This document shows positions 8,199-17,189 of a stretch of DNA of 32,000 nucleotides, piece by piece. The translations under genes were made by a program, and so were the position numbers. The notes under the pieces were generated by a model. The model did no database searches and had not been told where the DNA came from. It saw only the letters and a program-made list of their open reading frames with translations. This DNA is from Desulfotalea psychrophila LSv54 (GTDB taxonomy: Bacteria; Desulfobacterota; Desulfobulbia; Desulfobulbales; Desulfocapsaceae), in the NCBI RefSeq assembly GCF_000025945.1, contig NC_006138.1, positions 1,350,001 through 1,382,000 on the forward strand, given 5' to 3'. How positions within the stretch are numbered: the stretch's first letter is position 1; each line of letters opens with the position of its first letter.

Positions 8199-9449
8199 CT
8201 ACTCAAAACCACGATTAAAGGTGACCTGAAGGCTATCGTCTGTAACAGGGGTGAAGCTATAGTTATATATGCCCTCACTGTTCATTTCATTTGCCAGCCA
8301 TGAGATCAGCTCATCCATTTGCCATAGGCTCTTTTGTCTGAGGGAAAGGCTGTAGCAGACAGATGATCTTGAGCCTGTGGTGGATTGGTCGTAACGCCGC
8401 CTTATGTCGGTCAGTCCCGGCAATCCCTTCAGTACGGGATAGATCTTTTGCGCAAAATTGTCTCTGTAGTGATAAAAGCAGATCTGATATCCATCCCCTG
8501 TCTCAGAGCGAGAGGCTTGCTCAGCTCTCTCCCAGCCGGCAACAGTCTCCAGAGACACATATGCCTCGGTTTCTCTGCCGGGGACAAATATACCATTTTC
8601 CTTATACTTGGATGTTAGCCACACCTGATAAAGTCCACCATAAATCTGATGCGCCTTAATGTGGATACGGATATTGGCCTGTCTGGGATTATCTGTGACA
8701 GTTACCTCTCTATATCGTGCCAGGTAGTTTTTCAGTATCCCGAAAGAGTTTTTGAAATAGGGGCTATTGTCGGGGGAGTCCTGTTCTACATAGACAATAG
8801 TCTCATCGCTTTCCATATTGGCAAAAAGGCAACTGAGGTTTTTTGCGAGATAGGCAGCCAGCAGATCGCCCTGCCTTTTATTAAAGGGAAGGGGACGCAG
8901 ACCGAGGAGAAATTCATCCGCTGAGCTTTGCAGAAGAGCCCTCTGCTGTCCACGGCTTAGTCTGCCACGCCAGGAGAGACCAAAGCCTGTGACCCATGAT
9001 TTCGCCTTGATATCAAGGGCTCTGATATTTACCTTGAACACGCCATCGACAGAGGTTCTTGAGATATCAATACCCACATAATATTTTTCTCTCTGGCTTG
9101 CATTACACTCTACATCTTCAAGACTGGTGTGATGTTTGGGGGCTGCGGCAGATGGCCTCCAGACCAGGCCTATGCCCTGCTTTCTGAGCAGTCCATCTAT
9201 GATATCTTCACGTAGCTGGATGGTGAGGGCATCAATTTCTGTCTCTATATTATCCCGATCCATGGAGACGATTAAAAACGGTTCACCCTTAAATCTCGGG
9301 TTATCCCCCAGCTCATGAACGAGGTAGGGGATGGCTTGTTGGTCCAGCCACTCTTCAAGGGTGTGCTGTTGTGCCTGTATGCCACCTGTTCTGGCACAGC
9401 CGGAGAGGTAGATGCCGGCAAATAGAATAAACAGAAGGGTACGTTTCAT
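8199..9449 (-). CDS. Lipoprotein of unknown function
   Basis: 416 aa with lipobox 'MKRTLLFILFAGIYLSGCARTG'. Confidence 0.65.
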   Translation of the reverse strand: MKRTLLFILFAGIYLSGCARTGGIQAQQHTLEEWLDQQAIPYLVHELGDNPRFKGEPFLIVSMDRDNIETEIDALTIQLREDIIDGLLRKQGIGLVWRPSAAAPKHHTSLEDVECNASQREKYYVGIDISRTSVDGVFKVNIRALDIKAKSWVTGFGLSWRGRLSRGQQRALLQSSADEFLLGLRPLPFNKRQGDLLAAYLAKNLSCLFANMESDETIVYVEQDSPDNSPYFKNSFGILKNYLARYREVTVTDNPRQANIRIHIKAHQIYGGLYQVWLTSKYKENGIFVPGRETEAYVSLETVAGWERAEQASRSETGDGYQICFYHYRDNFAQKIYPVLKGLPGLTDIRRRYDQSTTGSRSSVCYSLSLRQKSLWQMDELISWLANEMNSEGIYNYSFTPVTDDSLQVTFNRGFE

Positions 9450-9479
9450 TGTTTTGTTCCTTATTAGTCTTCTTATCCG

Positions 9480-10349
9480 TCACATGAACTTCTTGTTAGG
9501 GTCTAGGTAATATCCAAGTTTTGCCATTTTTGCCAGACTGCTCTTCTTCTCCTCTTCTGTATTGAAGAGAAGAACCACAAAACTTTCACCTAACCTGTTT
9601 CTGAACCAGTCAAGCTGTACTTCCGGGGCGCGGGTGTAGAAGTAATCAATAAATTTTTCTGCAAGAAATGGATCATGAAAGAGAAGTACCGGGATTTTAT
9701 GTTTTGCGATGTACTTAGGTCTTCTTCTGGGCTTAGGTAGTCTCTTGCCTGCCTGGGCCACCATATACTGTTCGGAGATGATGCCTCTGCCCGATATATC
9801 CAGAACAGTTTTGAGATGATGGTAGATATAGCCGCTGTACCAGTTTGCTCCCTCCGGGATATTTCTGCTCTTTTGTTTAATACGACCGGGCCCGTAATTG
9901 TAGGCGGCCAGGGCCAGGTGAATATTCCCCCTGTACCGGTCCAGCATCATCCTTATATATCTTGCCCCGGCCATTATATTCCTGCATGGATCATAGAGCT
10001 GGGCAAGAGAGGTAAACCCCAGATCTTTAGCCGTTCCCGGCCAGTGAATCTGCATGATGCCGTAACAGGCGGCAGATGATTTGGCCCGTGGGTTGAAATC
10101 TGATTCGCCTTTGGCTATGGAGAGGAGGAGGGTGACAGGTATGTCGTATCGTTTGGCCGCCTTTTCAAAGCAGATCTGGTAGGGAAAGCTCTTGGCAGGC
10201 GACAGCTTAATCGCCCGTTTCTGGTAGTTTTGCCATGCGCAGTTATAGTCAAGTTTTTGGATCGTCTGTCTTGCCTTTCCTTCACCTTGAAAGAGGACCG
10301 TCCATACGAATATGGCAAAACAGATGGTAAAGATAAGTTTTATTTTCAT
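9480..10349 (-). CDS. SLT-domain lytic transglycosylase
   Basis: 'FEKAAKRYDIPVTLLLSIAKGESDFNPRAKSSAACYGIMQIHWPGTAKDLG...YDPCRNIMAGARYIRMMLDRYRGNIHLALAAYNYGPGRI' contains the catalytic Glu and the GIMQI and AYNYGPG motifs. Signal peptide present. Confidence 0.92.
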   Translation of the reverse strand: MKIKLIFTICFAIFVWTVLFQGEGKARQTIQKLDYNCAWQNYQKRAIKLSPAKSFPYQICFEKAAKRYDIPVTLLLSIAKGESDFNPRAKSSAACYGIMQIHWPGTAKDLGFTSLAQLYDPCRNIMAGARYIRMMLDRYRGNIHLALAAYNYGPGRIKQKSRNIPEGANWYSGYIYHHLKTVLDISGRGIISEQYMVAQAGKRLPKPRRRPKYIAKHKIPVLLFHDPFLAEKFIDYFYTRAPEVQLDWFRNRLGESFVVLLFNTEEEKKSSLAKMAKLGYYLDPNKKFM

Positions 10350-10362
10350 GGCGGCCTTGCCT

Positions 10363-11304
10363 CTACTCCAGGGTTATTTGGTTGTCAGCATGAATTGTTA
10401 TATCGCCACCCTTGCCTTTGCCCATCAGCTCCGTAAGCTGTCTGTGGATGCCAGGAGATAAATGTACTCCGTATGTAACAGCACCCTGCTTGAAGGCAGC
10501 TACGGAACGCCTGCCTGCGCGAATAACAGAGCCTGGGACAGTACTCTGATTTATTTCGTATATTTGTTGTGGTGGGGCCGAGGGAATAAAGCTGAGTTTT
10601 CCGCCCCTGCTCACCTGGAGCTTCCAGCTTTTTGTCTTGGCAAGCATAAAGAGCTCTACCTGTCCCCCCTGACCTACCATTTGCAGCAGGGTATTGTTTG
10701 AGGCGAAACCCAGGGTGAATCCCTTCTTTCTATCTGGTGCAGGCCTTGCCTCAGCGACTCTATGCTGCTTTTTAGCCTCTGCTATTTTTCCTTGAAGTAC
10801 CCGTAACTCTTTTTCTGTGAGCTGTTTTTTTATGAGGTATTGATTCTTGCCGGTCTCTGCTTTCCTCTGTAATTCGTTAAGGGCCCCTTGCTGAGTAAGA
10901 AAAGCCTCTGTCTGCAGCCTCTCCTCTGCCTGCATCCCAGCAAGATTGTCCTGCAGGATCTGCTCCCGTTCTTCCAGCTTTTCTATCTTGGCAGCCAGAG
11001 TTTCAAGCTCTTTAATGCCCCTCTGTAGTTTTTGTTTTTTTGTCTGGATCTCTGATTCAAAGAGAGCTGCCCGGCGAATGAGCTGAGCCAGCTGCTCTTT
11101 TAAGTCCTCAACCTCTTGCGGGCTCGTTTTCGTTTCTAATTCAGGGCGACTATTTTGGGGCTGAAGAGGTATTGCTTGAACCAGCGCGAAAATGACCATT
11201 AAACACATGCAGATAATGGCGAAAAAACGCATAACATCTGTTTGCAGGGTCTCTGTCTCATCACTTCCCTGATTATGGCGAAAGCGTGCGGTACCTGTCC
11301 TCAT
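10363..11304 (-). CDS. Inner-membrane coiled-coil protein with ExbD/MotB-like N-terminal TM
   Basis: N-terminus 'FRHNQGSDETETLQTDVMRFFAIICMCLMVIFALVQAIPL' (Asp just before the TM, like ExbD/TolR 'DVM...'), then a long Glu/Lys/Gln heptad region. ATG overlaps the end of the upstream ExbB/MotA-like gene. Confidence 0.55.
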   Translation of the reverse strand: MRTGTARFRHNQGSDETETLQTDVMRFFAIICMCLMVIFALVQAIPLQPQNSRPELETKTSPQEVEDLKEQLAQLIRRAALFESEIQTKKQKLQRGIKELETLAAKIEKLEEREQILQDNLAGMQAEERLQTEAFLTQQGALNELQRKAETGKNQYLIKKQLTEKELRVLQGKIAEAKKQHRVAEARPAPDRKKGFTLGFASNNTLLQMVGQGGQVELFMLAKTKSWKLQVSRGGKLSFIPSAPPQQIYEINQSTVPGSVIRAGRRSVAAFKQGAVTYGVHLSPGIHRQLTELMGKGKGGDITIHADNQITLE

Positions 11305-11984
11305 GTTGTTCCCCGCTCATCTTTGAGAAGAGAGGCAATATTGTCAAGTTTTGCTATGATTTCCAGGTGTTCAGAGAGCTGTTGGCCAATTGCAAATTTA
11401 TAGAGTTTACTGCCCAGCATCCATGCCTTTATCATGCGCATCAGGTATCCACCGATGCCGCCAACAATTGTCGTTGACAGTGAGAGGAGGATGCCTCCAT
11501 CAATAAGTTCTTTAAGTATACTGAAGGCCCCTTTTTGGGCAGCGGTATCTGCATCCAGGCTGCCCAGCGAAACAAGAAGTGCGTTGCGCATGCCGATTGC
11601 AGTCCAGATGACACCGATGCCGAAGAAAAGGGTGATAAGGAGATCAATCTTTTCTTCAAGTGGATATATCTTTTCGGGGGATGTGGCTGTGCTATCAAGA
11701 GCCCTCTGCAGGCGAAAAAGATATAAGATGTAGAGGCAGGCTATCAGGGCAAAGGGGATAATCGAGAATCCTAAGTTGTCGTGGCACCAGTATAGAACGG
11801 GGATGAGGCTGAGGCTGTTTGTTGAGCTGATTGCCACTGTTCCCGATATGTTGAGAATATAGATAAGGGCTGCAACTGAAATTACGCCTAACATCATGCC
11901 GGCGAGATAGCTGCCGGCGTTTTGTTTCATTGTTTTGTTTTTCATAGCTCTAGCCCGTTTTATTCGGCCTGACACGCATCGCAT
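11301..11984 (-). CDS. MotA/TolQ/ExbB-like proton-channel subunit
   Basis: Four hydrophobic segments including 'LLITLFFGIGVIWTAIGMRNALL' and 'GGILLSLSTTIVGGIGGYLMRMI', paired with the adjacent ExbD-like TM protein. Confidence 0.65.
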   Translation of the reverse strand: MRCVSGRIKRARAMKNKTMKQNAGSYLAGMMLGVISVAALIYILNISGTVAISSTNSLSLIPVLYWCHDNLGFSIIPFALIACLYILYLFRLQRALDSTATSPEKIYPLEEKIDLLITLFFGIGVIWTAIGMRNALLVSLGSLDADTAAQKGAFSILKELIDGGILLSLSTTIVGGIGGYLMRMIKAWMLGSKLYKFAIGQQLSEHLEIIAKLDNIASLLKDERGTT

Positions 11985-12523
11985 GCGGCTTCCATGATGA
12001 GGTCAAGCTTGGTGAGGTCGTCGCTGGCCTTTGCATAGGTAACCTTGTCATTTGCTGCCCCGACCAGACCTCTTTCTTTGTCGGCAAGTTCTGCCTGCCA
12101 GTCACCTCGAAGGGACTTGAGATTTGAGCAGTAACTGCATGTCTGGTAGTCATCGGGCAGGGATATAAACCTGTGCGAGAAGTAGCGGGTGTAGTATTCT
12201 TTTGCCTGTATCTTGCTGATTATACCCTGGCTTTTTGCCCAGACGAGCAGCTTGCTGAACTTCTCTTTGTTTGCTTCTGTCGGATCTCCTTCGCTGATAT
12301 CCAGGAGGGTTTTGAAAATTGTCTCAAACTGATAGCTGCACTCCCGGTTTGCAAGTGTTTGCCGGGCCGTTGCAAAGGCAGGGTCCAGCAGGTAACCTGA
12401 GGGGAGCTGGCAAACTGGCTCTGGCACTGAATTCGTGTGAGTGGTGGATGCACATCCTGTGGTGATGGTGGCCATGGTTGCCGCTACTACAAAAACTTTT
12501 ATTCCGTTAATTATTTTTTTCAT
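11960..12523 (-). CDS. Small lipoprotein, unknown function
   Basis: 187 aa, 'MKKIINGIKVFVVAATMATITTGCASTT' lipobox; cysteines CSYQ, CSYC, CDAC. Overlaps the start of the 11301..11984 gene. Confidence 0.65.
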   Translation of the reverse strand: MKKIINGIKVFVVAATMATITTGCASTTHTNSVPEPVCQLPSGYLLDPAFATARQTLANRECSYQFETIFKTLLDISEGDPTEANKEKFSKLLVWAKSQGIISKIQAKEYYTRYFSHRFISLPDDYQTCSYCSNLKSLRGDWQAELADKERGLVGAANDKVTYAKASDDLTKLDLIMEAACDACQAE

Positions 12524-12556
12524 CTCTTTTTCTCCTATTCAATGATTTTGTCTTGT

Positions 12557-13384
12557 CTATTCCATTTCAAGAGGGCTTTGGAAACCACCCTGCTCACTGC
12601 TGCCAATAACGGGGAGTGAGCCTTCCTCCTCAATTTCACCAAAAACAACTGCCTTAACAGCGCTGACCGTGCTGAGCATTTCCGGGGTTAAGGTGCCATA
12701 CATCTGGCCAATGCGGTGCATGGTTTCCTGTTGGACGATTTCAGCTTCCATGATGTCAATCATATTGAGGACCGCCCCGCTATCAAGGTAGATTTCTGAG
12801 GCGAGTGAGGCGAGGTTGGTGTTGCCGCCGCGACTGATCATACTGTGATACTGAGCAAATCTGGTTGAGAGTGAATAGCGGCCCTTGTAAACCTTTGGCT
12901 TGGTAGTATTGCTGAGCAGGCGCTGAATACCGGCAGGTGTGGTCTTTTTGCCGATCTCTTTTCTCAGGTTTTTCTCAATCCCCTTATTTGTTGCAGAAAT
13001 GGACTGTTTGATCTCAGGAAGGTTCTCCTTCATGATAGAGAGCATCTCCATATAGCTGTCTCCCATCTGTTTTGATATTTCCAGACATCCGGGGTCACTT
13101 GAGCCTTCACAGCCGGTTTCCTGGTAGAGGCGTTGTTGCGTTTCGAGTTTGCCGATGGTGGCTTTAAGGCTGCTTTCCATGTTGCCGGCCACCTCGCCTG
13201 TATGGCTTAACTGTTCTGTTACATCTGTGGGGAAGAGGTTCAAAACAGGTTTTGAGTTTGCCGCCTGAGCATTCATGGCTGGAAGGGCAGCTCCGAAAAG
13301 AAAAATAAAGGCGGTGGCTGTAGCTATTTTTTTTCTGATTTTCATTTGTGGTCTCCTTTGAGAGGTCGGTTTATAGAGAGACAC
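12557..13384 (-). CDS. Secreted helical protein of unknown function
   Basis: Signal peptide 'MKIRKKIATATAFIFLFGAALPAMNAQA', probably from the internal Met, followed by Gln/Glu/Met-rich helix. Confidence 0.6.
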   Translation of the reverse strand: MSLYKPTSQRRPQMKIRKKIATATAFIFLFGAALPAMNAQAANSKPVLNLFPTDVTEQLSHTGEVAGNMESSLKATIGKLETQQRLYQETGCEGSSDPGCLEISKQMGDSYMEMLSIMKENLPEIKQSISATNKGIEKNLRKEIGKKTTPAGIQRLLSNTTKPKVYKGRYSLSTRFAQYHSMISRGGNTNLASLASEIYLDSGAVLNMIDIMEAEIVQQETMHRIGQMYGTLTPEMLSTVSAVKAVVFGEIEEEGSLPVIGSSEQGGFQSPLEME

Positions 13385-13967
13385 CTGTCTCTTTTATAAG
13401 TTCAATACTGTTAGCTTTTTCTGCTTCGCTGGAATAGTTGAAGTAAACCTGATATGTTCCAGGCCCTGTTTTTTCAGCAAGACATTCGATACCGCTATTT
13501 TTTGTTATGTATGCGGCAAATCTATCGGCCTTGTTCATCAGTGAGAATGGTTTCCAGAAAAAATGTTTTTCGCCTGCTACATCATCAACGATTATCACCT
13601 CATCTACCGGCATGGTGATTGGCGTAGCCAGGATGCTAAGGGCAGGCTCTGGCGTGATCAGTTCGGGCTCTGCCGTGATCAGTTCGGGCTCTGCCGTGAT
13701 CAGTTCGAACCTCTGGCGTGATCTGTTCGCGCCTGTCACTTTCAGCCTCTGGCCAGGCACAATCATCCCTATTCTGCTCAGCCAGGGGAGTGATGCCTGA
13801 TTCTCCTCCGCTAATAACATCAATCCCCTCCGGAGACGGCGCGCCTCTGCTATTTCCCTTCCCTTATTGATGATCAGCTCTGCAAGTTGGGGGTGGGATT
13901 GCCACAAAAGTAAACTGACAAATCCACCGACAATAAAACCGATTATAACTTTCATATATTTCTCCAT
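13371..13967 (-). CDS. Bitopic membrane protein with repeat linker and SPOR-like C-terminal domain
   Basis: N-terminal TM 'MKVIIGFIVGGFVSLLLW', repeats 'ELITAEPELITAEPELITPEP', C-terminal 'FFWKPFSLMNKADRFAAYITKNSGIECLAEKTGPGTYQVYFNYSSEAEKANSI' with SPOR-like layout. Confidence 0.5.
   Translation of the reverse strand: MEKYMKVIIGFIVGGFVSLLLWQSHPQLAELIINKGREIAEARRLRRGLMLLAEENQASLPWLSRIGMIVPGQRLKVTGANRSRQRFELITAEPELITAEPELITPEPALSILATPITMPVDEVIIVDDVAGEKHFFWKPFSLMNKADRFAAYITKNSGIECLAEKTGPGTYQVYFNYSSEAEKANSIELIKETGVSL
13645..13707. repeat. Three copies of a 21-bp tandem repeat inside the 13371..13967 gene
   Basis: GGCTCT(G/C)GCGTGATCAGTTCG-type units at 13645..13665, 13666..13686 and 13687..13707 (second base variant GGCTCTGCCGTGATCAGTTCG), with a degenerate further copy after. 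Confidence 0.9.
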
Positions 13968-14202
13968 AATTGTTTAGCATTATCAGCTTTCTCAAGAGAG
14001 GTATCGTTGATTATTTTCGTTTTTCAAAAAACAAAATATTTTTTGAGAAAAGGGGGCGCTCCACCCTCTGTCTCAGCGAGGTGCATGAGTTGTTTCTGTA
14101 TCGTGAAGCAGGGTGGAGGGGGGCCTTGGTATTATACCAATATAACTGTTAATTTGCTTGGATGAACGAAGGGGAGAGCGGCCTGCTCAGGCGGGGGCAA
14201 CG

Positions 14203-14236
14203 AAAAAAGGCCAGGGGGAGTTGCCCCTGGCCTTTC
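14203..14236. terminator. Strong bidirectional-type intrinsic terminator
   Basis: AAAAAAGGCCAGGGGGAGTTGCCCCTGGCCTTTC downstream of the - strand HPP gene. It reads with a T6 tract on the - strand. Confidence 0.9.
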
Positions 14237-14306
14237 TGTCTATGGAGTATGAAAATCAACCTGTCATGCTAAGGCTACTGGCGCAGCGGTGGATCTTCTG
14301 TGGAGC

Positions 14307-14876
14307 TTAGAACCAAAAATATGGATATCTGTGGTTTCGCGGGATGTTGTTGACTATGAGAGCGACCAACAACATGATTATTGCTCCGAGACCGACGGGT
14401 ATAATTGCATATAAATAGTCAAGGCTGTGAATCTTGCTGCTACCTATAACTGCAATGAGTGCGGTTGCGCCCCCGGGAGGGTGCAAGGTTTTGCTGATGT
14501 GCATGGCGCCTATGGCCATAGAAACGGCGAGAGAGGATGCCAGCCACATCTCCGAGGGGAACATTTTATAGCAGCTTACCCCTATGATTGCTGAAATTAC
14601 ATGCCCACCTATAAAGTTTCTTGGCTGGGCCAAAGGACTCTTGATAGCACCATATATTAAAACGGCAGAGGCTCCAAAAGATCCTATGATCATCACGAAA
14701 TCTGTATTTTCAAGGATGTTGTAGTTAATATAGGAAACCGCAGCAATGCCGAGAAATGCCCCTACGCACGACCAGAGAGTGACAAAGGGACTTACCATTG
14801 GTGGGCTTTTGTTCACGCCCTTCATTTTGCAAAAATAGTGAGAGGCGATGCCTTTTTTTTTCATTGTTTTCCTCAA
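14307..14876 (-). CDS. HPP family integral membrane protein
   Basis: 'MHISKTLHPPGGATALIAVIG' signature plus 'FGASAVLIYGAIKSPLAQPRNFIGGHVISAIIGV'. Confidence 0.93.
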   Translation of the reverse strand: MRKTMKKKGIASHYFCKMKGVNKSPPMVSPFVTLWSCVGAFLGIAAVSYINYNILENTDFVMIIGSFGASAVLIYGAIKSPLAQPRNFIGGHVISAIIGVSCYKMFPSEMWLASSLAVSMAIGAMHISKTLHPPGGATALIAVIGSSKIHSLDYLYAIIPVGLGAIIMLLVALIVNNIPRNHRYPYFWF

Positions 14877-15031
14877 TAACTTGTCTGCCTAGCTTTCCCA
14901 ACCATTGCCTGGTCATTTTTTTATAAATTTGTCTTGAGTTGCTGAATGTCTCTAGCCGTGCATTTGATTGTAGCAATCTTTCTCTGTGGATATCCAGAAA
15001 ATCATGAGCTCTCTGATGATTGGCCCGAAAA

Positions 15032-15065
15032 AAAGGCACCGACAACGTTAATTGTCGGTGCCTTT
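15032..15065. terminator. Strong intrinsic terminator for the - strand hcp
   Basis: AAAGGCACCGACAACGTTAATTGTCGGTGCCTTT: perfect 11-bp GC-rich core stem, T tract on the - strand, immediately after the 15084 stop. Confidence 0.93.
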
Positions 15066-15083
15066 CTGTGCTAGATGCAAGGC

Positions 15084-16799
15084 CTAGTTGCCGGCCATCA
15101 TGTCAGCAATATCACTCTCGGCGGTGCCGATGGGCTTGATGTTGAAGTTATCTACCAGCACCTTGAGTACCGCTGGCGAAATAAAGGCGGGCAGGCTCGG
15201 TCCGAGACGGATACCCTTAACTCCCAAATGCAGGAGGGCCAGGAGTACTGCCACCGCCTTCTGCTCGTACCAGCCGATATCAAAGGAGATGGGGAGCTCG
15301 TTGATATCTTCGAGCTGGAACACTTCCTTAAGTTTGAGGGCGATAACTGCCAGGGAGTAGGAGTCATTGCATTGACCGGCATCGAGTACCCGCGGGATGC
15401 CGCCGATATCACCGAGGTTCAGCTTGTTGTAGCGATACTTTGCGCAACCGGCGGTGAGAATGACCGTGTCCTTAGGAAGTTTCTCAGCAACTTCGGTGAA
15501 GTAGCCGCGTCCCTTTTGGCGGCCATCACAGCCTGCCATGACCACAAATCTTTTGATAGCCCCGGATTTTACCGCTTCAACCACCTTGTCGGCCAGGGCT
15601 ATTACCTGATTATGGGCAAAGCCGCCAACGATGGTGCCTGTTTCAATTTCCTCAGGTGCACTGCAGCCCTTGGCCTGTTTGATAATGGCGGAAAAATCCT
15701 TTGCCTTGCCCATTACCCTGTCGGCAATATGAGATACTCCCGGATAACCGGCCATACCGGTGGTGTAGATGCGGTTTTTGTAAGAGTTGCTCTCCCTGAT
15801 GGGTACGATACAGTTGGTGGTCATTAGGATCGGGCCGTTGAAGCTCTCGAAATCCTTATTTTGATGCCACCATGAGCTACCATAGTTGCCCTTAAGGTTT
15901 TCGTATTTCTTGAATGTGGGATAGTAATGGGCGGGAAGCATCTCGCCATGGGTGTAAACATCAATCCCCGTTCCCTGGGTCTGGATCATTAACTCCTCGA
16001 GATCTTTAAGATCATGTCCACTGATCAGAATGGCTGCCTTGTCACTGCCCCCGATGTTTACCTCGCTTATCTCAGGATGACCATAGCTCGTGGTATTGGC
16101 TGTATCCAGTGCTGCCATGGTGGTGACAGCGCATTCGCCGGCCCTGAGGACAAGGCTTACCATTTCATCAACGGAATGATCTTCCGTGGTGGAGGCCATG
16201 CCTTCAATGACAAAGTCATAGATCTCTTCTTTTTCCACCCCGAGCACGGCCGCATGCTCGGCATAGGCACCAATACCCTTTAGGCCAAGAATAAGCAGTT
16301 CGCGTAGAGATCTGACATCTTCGTTTTCTGTGGCCAGCACTCCGACGGTCTTGGCCTTCTCTTGAAACATGGCAGGATCGCTGGCAAACCATAGGGCAGA
16401 ACCGTCCAGCTGGTCTGATGCTAATGCCTTGTCGTCGGAGCCGAGGAAGTTCATAAGTGTCTTCCAGATAGAGGCCTGCTCGCTAGCAGAGCCAAGACCA
16501 TCTAACTCTGTTTTTAGACCCTGCTTAATGGCCTGGGAGCGCTTGATCCATCCCTCCAGGCTGGCGTTGTCAAAGTTGGCATTGGTGATGGTGGTAAAAA
16601 GCCCCTGAGAGATGAATAATCCGACGCTTTTATCAACCTTTACACCTGCATTTTTGAGGCCCTTTGCCAAGACGGCAATACCCTTGAGATCGTAGATGAG
16701 CAGATCCTGAAGGTTGGCCGTTGTCTCTTGTTTTCCACAAACACCCTTGACTGTGCATCCTGTACCTTTAGCGGTTTCTTGACATTGAAAACAGAACAT
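15084..16799 (-). CDS. hcp: Hybrid cluster protein / hydroxylamine reductase, class I
   Basis: '[23 protein letters not shown]' (C-x2-C-x8-C-x5-C), '[23 protein letters not shown]', '[25 protein letters not shown]', '[15 protein letters not shown]', '[15 protein letters not shown]'. Confidence 0.97.
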   Translation of the reverse strand: MFCFQCQETAKGTGCTVKGVCGKQETTANLQDLLIYDLKGIAVLAKGLKNAGVKVDKSVGLFISQGLFTTITNANFDNASLEGWIKRSQAIKQGLKTELDGLGSASEQASIWKTLMNFLGSDDKALASDQLDGSALWFASDPAMFQEKAKTVGVLATENEDVRSLRELLILGLKGIGAYAEHAAVLGVEKEEIYDFVIEGMASTTEDHSVDEMVSLVLRAGECAVTTMAALDTANTTSYGHPEISEVNIGGSDKAAILISGHDLKDLEELMIQTQGTGIDVYTHGEMLPAHYYPTFKKYENLKGNYGSSWWHQNKDFESFNGPILMTTNCIVPIRESNSYKNRIYTTGMAGYPGVSHIADRVMGKAKDFSAIIKQAKGCSAPEEIETGTIVGGFAHNQVIALADKVVEAVKSGAIKRFVVMAGCDGRQKGRGYFTEVAEKLPKDTVILTAGCAKYRYNKLNLGDIGGIPRVLDAGQCNDSYSLAVIALKLKEVFQLEDINELPISFDIGWYEQKAVAVLLALLHLGVKGIRLGPSLPAFISPAVLKVLVDNFNIKPIGTAESDIADMMAGN

Positions 16800-16949
16800 A
16801 TGAACTCCTTTTCCTCTGTGGCTGTCTCTCTTCGTCTTAAACCTTTTTGGTGTTATCGAATAGAAACAGGAATAATCGGGGGAGAGGGCTGCCCCTCCCC
16901 TGTAATGTTGAACGTTTTGTCTACTCTACACGAGAGAAAAATTGTGGCC

Positions 16950-16963
16950 TTGACCTGGGTCAA
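16950..16963. promoter_or_regulatory. Perfect palindrome TTGAC-CTGG-GTCAA, candidate HcpR (CRP/FNR family) operator
   Basis: TTGACCTGGGTCAA in the divergent hcp/hcp intergenic region. It matches the TTGAC-N4-GTCAA type of palindrome proposed for HcpR. Confidence 0.65.
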
Positions 16964-17189
16964 TTTTTGTGAGGAGAAGGTGCTTTTCTCTTTAGGTTTT
17001 TTTTATGCTCCTCTTTTCTGAAGCTTGACCTGCAAAAAAAAATAGATGGCAAAGCACTTATGTCAGGCTAACCTTAATGCCTTGATTTGCTAAAGCTCAA
17101 TCGTATAGGATTAATGGAGCTTTATGATATGAATCTTTCGTTATAATTTGTCCTGGGGATTCTCAGGAAATGAAATTAAGGGGGTATCT

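Noticed and set aside
10363-11984. Possible Zorya (ZorAB) anti-phage system
   Set aside because: The channel protein lacks the long ZorA tail, the partner lacks an OmpA-like domain, and no ZorC/D/E-like gene is present. Only the generic ExbB/MotA plan is shared.
13645-13707. Candidate CRISPR array
   Set aside because: The 21-bp units are directly contiguous with no spacers and encode an in-frame protein repeat.
15088-15412. Long antisense ORFs overlapping hcp, pst and gshF genes (e.g. 15075..15827, 26276..26713, 21525..21794)
   Set aside because: They mirror strongly supported conserved genes on the other strand and their translations show no recognisable family features.
17148-17189. Extended N-terminus of the second hcp
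   Set aside because: The canonical MFC(H/F)[11 protein letters not shown] start is at 17190 behind a GGGGG Shine-Dalgarno-like stretch.
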